64,000 nt of DNA from Bacteroidota bacterium (GTDB lineage Bacteria > Bacteroidota > Rhodothermia > Rhodothermales > UBA10348), in contig JACZYD010000001.1 of assembly GCA_022571255.1 (NCBI GenBank), forward strand, positions 3,892 through 67,891. Direction: 5' to 3'. Numbering within the stretch: position 1 is the stretch's first letter; each line of letters begins with the position of its first letter. The notes under the pieces were generated by a model. It worked only from the letters and a program-made list of their open reading frames with translations. It made no database searches and was not told the DNA's origin. The position numbers and the translations under genes were made by a program. Positions 47,883-57,237 of this stretch are shown here, in pieces.

Positions 47883-49661
47883 CTACTTTTTGCGGAATTT
47901 GGCTGTGATAGCTTCGATTTCAACATCCGATAAAACAGAAACAGTCTCTGAAACGGCCTGTTTCGGAGTATCCGCATCTTTATTGCCCACCGATCCTGCT
48001 TGTCCCGTTCGTCCGTTTTCCGATATTTTTGAGGGCGAGCTGGATCGTTCAGCGTCACCTGTCAACGGCGGGGCACCTTTTCCGGATATCGTTCCGGCGC
48101 GTTTTTTCACCCGAACGGAGCCCGCCCTGTCCCGAAGGCGGGAATCGATCTCATCCATCCAACTGCTGTCGCTCGGCGGTCGCTTTTTACGAAGTGTTTC
48201 ACCGTGCACTGTGCCCGGCGACGACAGGCTTGTTCGGGTCTGTTTTTCCTCGTAACGGGATGGCGTTTTGCCCGGGTGTATCGGGTGGGTCTCGAAGGCC
48301 ATTCGTTTAATGTTGATGAGATCCATAGGCGATATATTGTCGCTCGTAATGGATCCGCCCATGGTCCCGGGACCGAGTGTCATCGCAGGGAAAAGCCGCG
48401 TGGTATAGCCGACCGAGCCTAAGGCGCAGACCGAATTCACCACGATACGCATCGCCGGTTTTTCGAGTCCGAACGCCTCGATAACCCGATCGCTGGAAGC
48501 GTGAATTCCAAGGGTATGACCAATTCCACCGTAGGCAAGGATGTCCTTGCACCGCTCGCATCCCGCCTCCCATCCGTCCGTGTCGTAGAGCGTCAGAATG
48601 GGTGAAAGTGTTTCCATCGATAAGGGTTCTGCTTTTCCCACAACGTCGACTTCGGCGACGAGTGCGTGCGTTTCCGGGGGAACCGAGAAGCCGGCTTTTT
48701 CAGCAATGTACGAAGGGCTTTTCCCGACCTGATCGATATTGAGTGCTCCGCCGATTACTACGTAGACGCTTAAAAGGTCTTTTTGAACGTCATCAAGGAT
48801 ATATGCACCGGCACGACGAAGTTGGTCGATCAGCTTTTTCTTGATCGGTGTATCAGCCACGATACTGCGCTCGGTGGAGCACAGTGTACCATGGTCGAAA
48901 TATGCACCGTATACGATGTCTTTTGCCGCCTTTTCAAGGTCAGCCGATCGGTCCACGTACACCGGTACGTTTCCGGGACCCACTCCATATGCCGGTTTTC
49001 CTTTCGAATAGGCCGAGCGAACCATGGCCGCTCCGCCGGTGGCGAGGATCACATCGGTGTGGGGGTCTTCGAGCAGCGCATTGGTGCCGTCCAGTGAGAT
49101 TTCGGTCATACATCCGAATAATCCTTCAGGAGCCCCGGCTTCATAAGCGGCCCCGGCGACGACGTCTAACGCCTCTTTGATGCAGGACACCGCTCTCGGA
49201 TGCGGGCTGATTACGATCGCGCACCTCGCCTTGGCAGCGATTATCGCTTTATACATTGCCGTTGACGTCGGATTGGTTGACGGCACGAGCGCAGCCACCA
49301 CACCCATCGGAGACGCGATTTCCCAGACGGTATCCGACTCGGTTTTACGAATCACTCCACAGGTTTTCATTCCCTTGATTCTCTCGCCGAGCGTTCGAGT
49401 TGCAAAAAGATTTTTCAGTGTTTTGCTCTCGACGCGTCCGAATCCTGTCTCCTTGCAGGCAGCTTCAGCGAGCGACTCGGCCCGAGCGATGCCTGCCTTG
49501 ATCATCGCCGAAACAATTCGGTCAACAGATACTTGATCAAATGTATGATAGGCATCCTGCGCGACGGCGGCTTCGGCGACAAGTGTTCGCGCCTGTTGAA
49601 TTGAGCGGAGGTCAGAATCCATTACAGCATTACGGAGAAGTGGGAAGAGAATATGCACCAT
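47883..49661 (-). CDS. CoA-acylating aldehyde dehydrogenase (EutE/SucD/AdhE-N family) with a roughly 120-aa C-terminal low-complexity extension
   Basis: ATGGAAMVRSAYSKGKPAYGVGPGN, catalytic Cys context GTLCSTERS, and IGHTLGIHA. The core ends near TPSRYEE, which I compare from memory with VPSYEE at the C-terminus of Clostridium kluyveri SucD. A basic S/G/R/K-rich tail follows and ends in SDVEIEAITAKFRKK. Confidence 0.8.
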   Translation of the reverse strand: MVHILFPLLRNAVMDSDLRSIQQARTLVAEAAVAQDAYHTFDQVSVDRIVSAMIKAGIARAESLAEAACKETGFGRVESKTLKNLFATRTLGERIKGMKTCGVIRKTESDTVWEIASPMGVVAALVPSTNPTSTAMYKAIIAAKARCAIVISPHPRAVSCIKEALDVVAGAAYEAGAPEGLFGCMTEISLDGTNALLEDPHTDVILATGGAAMVRSAYSKGKPAYGVGPGNVPVYVDRSADLEKAAKDIVYGAYFDHGTLCSTERSIVADTPIKKKLIDQLRRAGAYILDDVQKDLLSVYVVIGGALNIDQVGKSPSYIAEKAGFSVPPETHALVAEVDVVGKAEPLSMETLSPILTLYDTDGWEAGCERCKDILAYGGIGHTLGIHASSDRVIEAFGLEKPAMRIVVNSVCALGSVGYTTRLFPAMTLGPGTMGGSITSDNISPMDLINIKRMAFETHPIHPGKTPSRYEEKQTRTSLSSPGTVHGETLRKKRPPSDSSWMDEIDSRLRDRAGSVRVKKRAGTISGKGAPPLTGDAERSSSPSKISENGRTGQAGSVGNKDADTPKQAVSETVSVLSDVEIEAITAKFRKK

Positions 49662-49879
49662 CGCGATCTTCGGCGCAACTGTGATATCAGTTTTTAAATC
49701 TCAGATTGATATGGAATCGGTCTCATGTCGGGTTCCTTTTTTCGCCGAAAACAGTGCAAACAGGCCATATCCTGATTTTAAGAAGGAATCAACTTCATAA
49801 TCGATACGGTATGCATAATCGGCACGGCATTTGAGTATAAAAAGATATCTCAAGCAGGAAGCATCCCCTCTCATAGAAT

Positions 49880-51304
49880 ATGGCTCTTCTGGAAAACACG
49901 AAATCAGATTACATGCCCTTTCTCTCCTCCGGAATCGAAACCATAGATTCTGCGTGGGGCGGATTGTTTTGCGGCGGTGCTTATCTCTTTTACGGAGAGG
50001 CCGCGGCGGGTCGCCATCTGCTCACCCTTCTGTTTGCCAGAGCGGGTGATGAATTCGACGAACAGACGATTTTCATTTCCTCTGATCGATATTCCGAATT
50101 GAAGATTCAATCCGGCTCACTCGGGTTTGATCTGGAGGCCGTACTGGCCTCCGGAAATCTGCACCTCGTCCGGATCCCTCCCCGTATGAAGTTGAGAGAA
50201 ATAGGAGACGACGGGGTTGCACAGGCCCTGCACAGTCTTACGAATCCGTTCAAATCGTACCGGCCCAAACGCATCATCATCAACGACTTTATGCCTTTTG
50301 TGGCGTTTCGTTCGTTCGAGAGATTCAGGATGGAATTCGTTCGATTCCTTGAAAGAACCGATGCCCTCGGATCCACATTGGTTCTGGGGATGTCCGAGCC
50401 CGCTAACGAACATTCCAGACGGGTCATCGAGTTCATGATCTCTCATCTGACAGGTGCGGTGCATATCGAGAGAGATGCCGAGGATCCAGGCTCAACAAAA
50501 CGTAAGCTTACACTCATTCCAACGTCTGGTCACATCAAGCGCTACTCGTTTGAACACTGGGACCTGGAAGACGTCGTAGCTGATACTCCACCCCATTTCA
50601 GGCCCTCAACCATGCAAAGCGTTCGACCCGGGGATACTCGTTCTCATAACTTGTCGACCCTGCAGACAAAGAAAACACTGGAATCAGAAGCCGCTGAAAG
50701 TTTCAGACCGGGCTATTCGCATACGCCATTGGTCGCCCCTCTGCAGGCTTCGGAAGAGGAAGTCGACGGTGAAGAGGTGGCGGTGGTTGCCGGGAAATCT
50801 ACCGCGAGCGACAGTGCGGCCGGCAAGAACGCAGAGGCAGACGATGCCGTCGCCATCGATCCGTTGGAACTCCCGGTCGGAAGTGGGTTGGATGTCGATA
50901 TTACAGACAGATCCTCATTCCTCAAGAGATTGGAGCGGGCAGTAGCATCCTCGTCCGAAGTCGGTGACAATTTCGTGATACTGGCTCTTCGCATGGAGCA
51001 ATCGGGCGATCCAAAGGACCGGGCGATTGGATTTGAGTTTCTGCTCGACGTTGTACACGATATTCTGCGACCACACGACGACATGCTCGTCGATATGGAT
51101 GGCGAACAACTGATCGTGTTTCTCGCACATACAAGAGAAGACGAATCGGATCAATTCTTTACTATGCTCAGGGATCATCTGATACGGGAAGCACCGCAAC
51201 GAGGCACCGATCTCCTTACCAGGATTTCCGCGATGGTCTCTGAAAACGGACGCCCGTTTTCTTCCGTGGTAGAATTCGTCACATTCGCTTTTATTCGAAA
51301 ATAG
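49880..51304 (+). CDS. KaiC/RecA-like domain protein with a degenerate P-loop, fused to a degenerate GGDEF-like C-terminal domain
   Basis: The N-terminus SGIETIDSAWGGLFCGGAYLFYGEAAAGRHLLTLLF follows the KaiC-like ATPase pattern (G.pgLD..LgGG...G...l..G.pGtGKT), but GKT is replaced by GRH. The C-terminus FVILALRME...FLLDVVHDILRPHDDMLVDMDGEQLIVFLAH follows the GGDEF-domain pattern, with DGEQL in place of GGDEF. Confidence 0.6.
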   Translation: MALLENTKSDYMPFLSSGIETIDSAWGGLFCGGAYLFYGEAAAGRHLLTLLFARAGDEFDEQTIFISSDRYSELKIQSGSLGFDLEAVLASGNLHLVRIPPRMKLREIGDDGVAQALHSLTNPFKSYRPKRIIINDFMPFVAFRSFERFRMEFVRFLERTDALGSTLVLGMSEPANEHSRRVIEFMISHLTGAVHIERDAEDPGSTKRKLTLIPTSGHIKRYSFEHWDLEDVVADTPPHFRPSTMQSVRPGDTRSHNLSTLQTKKTLESEAAESFRPGYSHTPLVAPLQASEEEVDGEEVAVVAGKSTASDSAAGKNAEADDAVAIDPLELPVGSGLDVDITDRSSFLKRLERAVASSSEVGDNFVILALRMEQSGDPKDRAIGFEFLLDVVHDILRPHDDMLVDMDGEQLIVFLAHTREDESDQFFTMLRDHLIREAPQRGTDLLTRISAMVSENGRPFSSVVEFVTFAFIRK

Positions 51305-51350
51305 TGCTGGTGAACGCCCTCTGAACGTGCCGGGCAGAATTTATTGTGGG

Positions 51351-52121
51351 TCACGGAGAATCTTGTCCCAGAAATCGGACAATGTCCGAGGTACCAAGCG
51401 GGCCGTGGCGATACAGGAAAGGCTCTCCGTATTCGGCCCCGATTCGATAACCGAAAGCACGAGCCCTGGCTTCTATCCACTTTACAAAGCCCGGATTCGA
51501 AACGAACGTTTCAGGCTCGTCATGTCCTTTCTCGTATGTCGGGTCAAATACCTGTGAATGGTATGCCAGGACAGCGTTCATTCTCTGCTCCCAGACGAAC
51601 GATACGTCTACAACAACGGTTGGCTCGAACGGGATTGACTGCATGTAGTGCAGTATATGCGCCGGACGCCACGCTCTTTCCGAGCGCGATGTGTCAGCTG
51701 GTCCGGTCGATACTATGATTTTGCGCAATCCCGAATAAAATGCAGCTTCAGAGATCAACGTGGAGGCTGCGCCATGATCCGGGTGGCGGCACTCGGCGGC
51801 CGGGATCAGCAGGATATCGGGACGGTGACGTCGCAGGACTTCAATGATCAGATTCCTGTTCCCGAGCGAGTTTTCGATGTGGCCATCACTCAATCCAAGG
51901 TTTTCCCGGAACGCAACCCCCATGATTTCTGTGGCTGCAGCAGATTCTTTCGATCGTAATTCCCGGGATCCCCTGGAGCCCAGCTCTCCCTCTGTGAGAT
52001 CAACAATTCCCACCCGGTAACCGTGCTGAACCAGCGAGCATACAGTCCCACCGGCGAATATCTCCACATCGTCCGGGTGCGCTCCAAAAGCGATCACGTT
52101 GGTTCTGGCGGGTTCAGACAC
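51351..52121 (-). CDS. bshB1: Bacillithiol biosynthesis deacetylase BshB1 (PIG-L/LmbE family)
   Basis: AFGAHPDDVEIFAGGT, IVDLTEGELGSRG and RHPDHGAAS motifs. bshC lies nearby. Confidence 0.75.
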   Translation of the reverse strand: MSEPARTNVIAFGAHPDDVEIFAGGTVCSLVQHGYRVGIVDLTEGELGSRGSRELRSKESAAATEIMGVAFRENLGLSDGHIENSLGNRNLIIEVLRRHRPDILLIPAAECRHPDHGAASTLISEAAFYSGLRKIIVSTGPADTSRSERAWRPAHILHYMQSIPFEPTVVVDVSFVWEQRMNAVLAYHSQVFDPTYEKGHDEPETFVSNPGFVKWIEARARAFGYRIGAEYGEPFLYRHGPLGTSDIVRFLGQDSP

Positions 52122-52159
52122 GTTCAGAGCGGTTCAGCCATGTGATGGATTTCGGCTCG

Positions 52160-54865
52160 TCATCGAACGACAAGGTTTACAATTCGACCAGGCACGTAAA
52201 TTTCTCGAACGATTTCTTTCTCGGAAAGATGCCGGATTACGCTCAGATCGGCTTTCGCGATGGCCAGCACCGTGGCCTTGTCTGCGTCAGCCGGAATATG
52301 GATGTTTGCCCTGACTTTGCCGTTGACCTGTACCGCGATCTTGATCTCGTCAGACTTGAGAATTTCGGAATCGGCAACGGGCCAGTTTTCGTATGCCAGA
52401 CTGTCTGAATGCCCGATGCGACTCCAGAGTTCTTCGGCCATGTGTGGTGCAAGAGGTGCGAGAAGAAGAATAAACGGCTCGGCGATGCTTCGCGGGATCG
52501 AATCTTCGTGGACAAGGAGCGCCGTGAACTCTATGAGCGCAGCAATGGCCGTATTGAAACTCATTCGCTCCATGTCGTTCGTCACGCGATCGATCGTGCG
52601 ATGTAGCGCTGCGGTCAACTCCTTGGATGCCTCCCGATCGCTTACGAGCAGGGCATCGTCGAACTCTCCGATGAAGTTGCGCCAGACGCGCCTCAGAAAA
52701 CGATTTACCCCCACAATATCCCTGGTATTCCACGGCTTGGACGCATCAAGCGGACCCAGATACATTTCGTATAAACGCAGCGTATCACAACCGTATCGTT
52801 CGTTTATTTCGTCAGGGCTGACCGCGTTCTTCAGGCTTTTGCCCATCTTACCGTATTCCTGTTCGACTGAATTTCCGTTGTGGAAAAACAGACGTCCGGG
52901 TTGGTCCTGGACTTCTGTGGCTGGCTTGCCATGCTGATCTACGACTTCCGTGGCCTCAACAGCGATTCCACGGGCGTCACGATAGGCGAATGCCTGTATG
53001 TATCCCTGATTGAACAGTTTTCCAAACGGTTCCTTTGTGGACACATGCCCCAGGTCGAAGAGTACTTTGTGCCAGAACCGTGCATACAGCAGATGCAGAA
53101 CGGCATGTTCGACGCCGCCGATGTACAAGTCTACGCCGTTGCCGGACATCCAGTACTTTTCGAGTTCAGGGTCAACAAACCGCTCGTCGTTGTGGTTGTC
53201 GATAAACCGGAGATAATACCAGCACGACCCTGCCCATTGCGGCATCGTGTTCAATTCCCGCTCGTACGTCACTCCATCGATTTCGACGGTCCGCCAACTC
53301 TCCGGTGCGCGGCTCAGGGGAGGACGAGGAGGGGCGTCGGGATCCTCCGTGGTCTCCGGTCTGAAATCTTCCATGGGCGGAAGAGTAACGGGCAGGTCTT
53401 TTTCCGGGACGGTCCGGACAGATCCATCGGCGCCGTGGACCACAGGAAACGGCTCGCCCCAGTATCTCTGGCGACTGAATAGCCAATCCCGGAGGCGGTA
53501 TGTCACCGTACCTTCGCCTAACTTGTTTTCTTCAAGCCATTCGATCATTCTGGATTTCGCTTCTTGTATTCTCAAACCGTCCAGAAAACCAGAGTTGATG
53601 GCCGGTCCATCACCGGCATAGGCTGTGCCGTCAAAAGAATCCGGGGGCCTGACCGTTCTGATGATCTGAAGATCGAATGCTTCCGCGAACTCCCAGTCGC
53701 GCTCGTCCTGCCCGGGCACAGCCATGATTGCACCGGTGCCGTAACCCATGAGCACGTAGTCCGCGATCCAGACCGGAATATCTTCCCGCGTTGCAGGATT
53801 CGTTACAAATCCACCGGTGAATACGCCGGTTTTTATCCGTACATCCGCGGTGCGCTCACGCTCAGAACGGGCTGCGATTTTCAGCCGGTAATCGGCAACA
53901 GAATCTTCCCGCTCCGACGCAGTCAATTTATCTACAAGCGGATGTTCAGGGGCCAGAACCATGTATGTGGCTCCGAAGAGCGTGTCCGGGCGTGTGGTGA
54001 AGACGCGCACCACTTCGTCGTGATCGACAACCTGGAAATCGACGTGTGCTCCTTCGCTGCGGCCGACCCAGTTTCGCTGCATGATTTTGACTGATTCGGG
54101 CCAGTCTACGTCTTCCAGATCCTTTACCAATCGATTTGCATACGCAGTAATTCGAAGCATCCACTGCCTTAAGCCGCGCTTGTAAACCGGGAAATTGCCC
54201 CGTTCACTCCTTCCTTCGTTGGTTACTTCTTCGTTGGCCAGAACCGTGCCCAGAGCAGGGCACCAGTTCACCGGTACTTCTGCGATGTACGCCAGACGAT
54301 ACGTGGCCAGAACATGCTCCTTTTCCTCCTCTGATCCGGCATTAAACAGCTCATCGGTGGCCTCCAGATGTTTGATCAACTCCGAAATCGGCCTCGCCCG
54401 ATTCGTCTCTTCATCATAATAACTGTGATAGAGCTGCACAAAGATCCACTGGGTCCACTTGTAATAACTCTCGTCGGTGGTCGCCAGTGAACGATCCCAG
54501 TCATAACTCAGTCCGATGGCCTTGAGTTGGCGCAACATATTGGCAATATTGCGTTCTGTGGTGATACGCGGGTGTACTCCATGCTCCACGGCAAATTGCT
54601 CTGCCGGAAGGCCGAAAGCATCAAAACCCATGGGATGAAGTACGTTGAAACCCTTCATGCGTTTGTATCTGGCTACGATATCGGTAGCGATGTAACCAAG
54701 GGGGTGTCCCACATGAAGCCCGATGCCACTTGGATATGGAAACATATCCAGCACGAAATATTTGGGTCGGGACAGGTCGAGTTCTACAGGCGTTCGAAAG
54801 GTGCTGTTGCTGAACCAGTATTGCTGCCACCGGGCTTCGATTTCCTTGAACGGATACTCAGACAT
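52160..54865 (-). CDS. leuS: Leucine--tRNA ligase
   Basis: HVGHPLGY (HIGH), KMGKSLKN (KMSKS), 901 aa, with a CP1 editing domain. Confidence 0.95.
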   Translation of the reverse strand: MSEYPFKEIEARWQQYWFSNSTFRTPVELDLSRPKYFVLDMFPYPSGIGLHVGHPLGYIATDIVARYKRMKGFNVLHPMGFDAFGLPAEQFAVEHGVHPRITTERNIANMLRQLKAIGLSYDWDRSLATTDESYYKWTQWIFVQLYHSYYDEETNRARPISELIKHLEATDELFNAGSEEEKEHVLATYRLAYIAEVPVNWCPALGTVLANEEVTNEGRSERGNFPVYKRGLRQWMLRITAYANRLVKDLEDVDWPESVKIMQRNWVGRSEGAHVDFQVVDHDEVVRVFTTRPDTLFGATYMVLAPEHPLVDKLTASEREDSVADYRLKIAARSERERTADVRIKTGVFTGGFVTNPATREDIPVWIADYVLMGYGTGAIMAVPGQDERDWEFAEAFDLQIIRTVRPPDSFDGTAYAGDGPAINSGFLDGLRIQEAKSRMIEWLEENKLGEGTVTYRLRDWLFSRQRYWGEPFPVVHGADGSVRTVPEKDLPVTLPPMEDFRPETTEDPDAPPRPPLSRAPESWRTVEIDGVTYERELNTMPQWAGSCWYYLRFIDNHNDERFVDPELEKYWMSGNGVDLYIGGVEHAVLHLLYARFWHKVLFDLGHVSTKEPFGKLFNQGYIQAFAYRDARGIAVEATEVVDQHGKPATEVQDQPGRLFFHNGNSVEQEYGKMGKSLKNAVSPDEINERYGCDTLRLYEMYLGPLDASKPWNTRDIVGVNRFLRRVWRNFIGEFDDALLVSDREASKELTAALHRTIDRVTNDMERMSFNTAIAALIEFTALLVHEDSIPRSIAEPFILLLAPLAPHMAEELWSRIGHSDSLAYENWPVADSEILKSDEIKIAVQVNGKVRANIHIPADADKATVLAIAKADLSVIRHLSEKEIVREIYVPGRIVNLVVR

Positions 54866-54874
54866 ACCAATGTA

Positions 54875-56503
54875 TCAGAGTAATATGACTTGATGTTCGG
54901 TGGTATCAAGCTGGATTTCATGGAGAAGCCTTGTCACAAAATCCAGTCCGTACTTGTTGGCGAAATAGAGAGGCGATATCGTTCTCTCCTGCATATTTCC
55001 TCTGGGAAACAGGTTTGTTTTTACCCTTCTCATCTGTTCGTGCGTCTCATCGTGTCGTCTTTTTTCTGCCTTGATTACACGATTTCGAAGTTTATCCCAG
55101 TCTTTCAGCAATGTCGTACGGGTCGCCTCGGCAACTTTTACGAGCGATTGATCCACAGATTCGATCGCGGGCGAAACCGTGTTTACCGCATCATGGATGT
55201 GCTGGGAGGCGCGGCTGAAAATAGCATCTGCATCGATGTCCATGGACTCAACCGCATTCGAACGGAACATCTGATCGAGAGAACCCTCAAAATCAGAAAT
55301 GGACGATTCAAGTTTATTCAGCGCCCTCTGAATTTTTGGTTCCAGCACCGTGATACTTGCCCTCGGGTATACGATGGGCATCGGGACTCCGGCCCATTCA
55401 TACAGAGAGCGATACTGTGCGAAGTACGCGATTTCGGAAGGGCCCGCGATATACGCAGCAGTCGGAAGAATCAGATCCTGCATGATGGGCCTGAGGACTA
55501 CATTCGGACTGAACAATTCAGGAGCTGAATCCAGAAGTAAAAGCAGTTCGTCGAGCGTGTAGGACTTCGATCCGCACGTAAAACCATCATTGGATTCGTC
55601 TGGCCGAACAGCATGTCGTCCTTCATGCGTATGCAGAAATATGGATGTCGGACGCGATTGAACCTGAACGTGATAATTTTCCTCCAGTTTTCGGCTGGCG
55701 CCGGAAAGTAGACGCGCGGACTTTTCGTACTCTTTAAGTTCTTTCCGGAAAAGAGGTTTTGCAAGCTCCTTGAGTTCGGGGTCGTCACCATTGACAAACA
55801 CGATTCCCGTACCTTTGAAAAGTTGTGACAAAAGACGCGCAAATGCACTCAAAAATGTCTCCCCCTCGCGGTAAGCAGAGCGCACAAGATCCATCAATTC
55901 GTCGTGGAATTCAGAGGGCGTAAGTAAGGCGGCAAATTCATCAATACGCTCGGTGATCGAACTATCGAACATGACTCGGCCAACAGCCTGCGGGACGGTC
56001 TTCTGGCTCTGCGTCGCCCCCGAATACGTGACAGATTCCACCTCGTTTCGGTTCAACACGTAGGCAGAGGCAACTTCTGCCAGATCGTGATCCTCGCCCT
56101 CCAACCAGAACACGGGTACGACCGGTCTTCCCGTGTCTTTTTCCAGGCGTATGGTCAGTTGGATCGCTGTAATCGTTTTCAGAAGGGTATACAGCGGACC
56201 GCCAAAGAGCCCGAGTTGTTGACCCGTAACGACGGCTACTGCGTCGGGCTCCCTCAACTTTTCAATATTCTTTCGCGTGGCCTCGTCGGCATCATACAGA
56301 TCGGCCTGTTTTATCAGGGCTGCAACCAATTTGTCGCGATGTTTGAACTGATCGGCTACCTGCCGCGCAACCTGACCACGTTGGCGTGGATCCCGAAAAT
56401 CTCCTGGAAAATAGACGGCCAGTGTATCAAATTCCCCTGCGTATGCCTTAAAGAGTCTGGAAAATGATTTAAACTCCGAATATGGGAGGCGTGGTGGGGG
56501 CAT
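54875..56503 (-). CDS. bshC: Bacillithiol biosynthesis cysteine-adding enzyme BshC
   Basis: VVTGQQLGLFGGPLYTLLK...VPVFWLEGEDHDLAEV, FSPNVVLRPIMQDLILPTAAYIAGPSEIAYF and the C-terminal HQVILL closely parallel my recollection of Bacillus subtilis BshC (YllA). Confidence 0.9.
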   Translation of the reverse strand: MPPPRLPYSEFKSFSRLFKAYAGEFDTLAVYFPGDFRDPRQRGQVARQVADQFKHRDKLVAALIKQADLYDADEATRKNIEKLREPDAVAVVTGQQLGLFGGPLYTLLKTITAIQLTIRLEKDTGRPVVPVFWLEGEDHDLAEVASAYVLNRNEVESVTYSGATQSQKTVPQAVGRVMFDSSITERIDEFAALLTPSEFHDELMDLVRSAYREGETFLSAFARLLSQLFKGTGIVFVNGDDPELKELAKPLFRKELKEYEKSARLLSGASRKLEENYHVQVQSRPTSIFLHTHEGRHAVRPDESNDGFTCGSKSYTLDELLLLLDSAPELFSPNVVLRPIMQDLILPTAAYIAGPSEIAYFAQYRSLYEWAGVPMPIVYPRASITVLEPKIQRALNKLESSISDFEGSLDQMFRSNAVESMDIDADAIFSRASQHIHDAVNTVSPAIESVDQSLVKVAEATRTTLLKDWDKLRNRVIKAEKRRHDETHEQMRRVKTNLFPRGNMQERTISPLYFANKYGLDFVTRLLHEIQLDTTEHQVILL

Positions 56504-56590
56504 TCGAAGATTTACCTGTTGCGTATTGGGCTGGGAAAATGAGGGTATCGGATCAAAAAACGGCCTGTCAGATCAAGCCAGACTATGCTC

Positions 56591-57184
56591 TCAATTTTGC
56601 CGTCCTTTCAGCTTGTTGATTTCATCGCGGAGTTGCGCCGCTTTCTCATAATCCTCTTTGGTAATTGCCGCTTTCAACAATTCCTCTTTTTTCTCCAGGT
56701 CAGACTTCGGCTCTGCTTTCGTCGGCCGCTCCGCTTCTGATTCAGACGCCTCAACAGCACTGTTTTCGTCGTCATCTTCGGTCGGAATCCCTGCCTCCTC
56801 GAGGACCGAAACTGCAACAAAAATCGGTGAACCTACGCGAACTCCTATGGCTACGGCATCGCTCGGACGGGCATCGAGCTGGCCGCTTTCGCCTCCGATT
56901 TCATAGCGGATTTTAGCAAAAAATGTACCTTCGCGCAGTTCATCAATAACCACATCCTTGACGTCTGCGTCGACAGCGTCAAATAAATTGCGAATCAGGT
57001 CATGCGTCATCGGGCGGGGTGGCTGAATTTTTTCCAACTCCAGTGCAATAGCCTGTGCTTCAAAAGCTCCAATGATAATTGGAAGTCGTCTGTTTCCATC
57101 TATCTCTCCGAGTACGAGCGCGTAAGCACCGCCACTTGATGGGCTGGTGGAGAGTCCGATTATATCAACTTGTATAAATTCCAT
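56591..57184 (-). CDS. Bifunctional nuclease (BFN/DUF151) domain protein with a C-terminal UVR motif
   Basis: GGAYALVLGEIDGNRRLPIIIGAFEAQAIALELE...RPMTHDL (BFN domain), and the C-terminal EDYEKAAQLRDEINKL (UvrB/C motif). Confidence 0.8.
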   Translation of the reverse strand: MEFIQVDIIGLSTSPSSGGAYALVLGEIDGNRRLPIIIGAFEAQAIALELEKIQPPRPMTHDLIRNLFDAVDADVKDVVIDELREGTFFAKIRYEIGGESGQLDARPSDAVAIGVRVGSPIFVAVSVLEEAGIPTEDDDENSAVEASESEAERPTKAEPKSDLEKKEELLKAAITKEDYEKAAQLRDEINKLKGRQN

Positions 57185-57237
57185 CGAGAGGAGTTGCTTC
57201 TTCTTTCAAGATGTAGCGCACCAGAATTTGCGGCCAG

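Noticed and set aside
49820-49835. CGGCAC-N5-TTGAG upstream of the KaiC-like gene as a sigma-54 promoter.
   Set aside because: The spacing is right, but the near-invariant -12 GC is replaced by GA and the first T of the -24 element is C. This is too weak without expression data.
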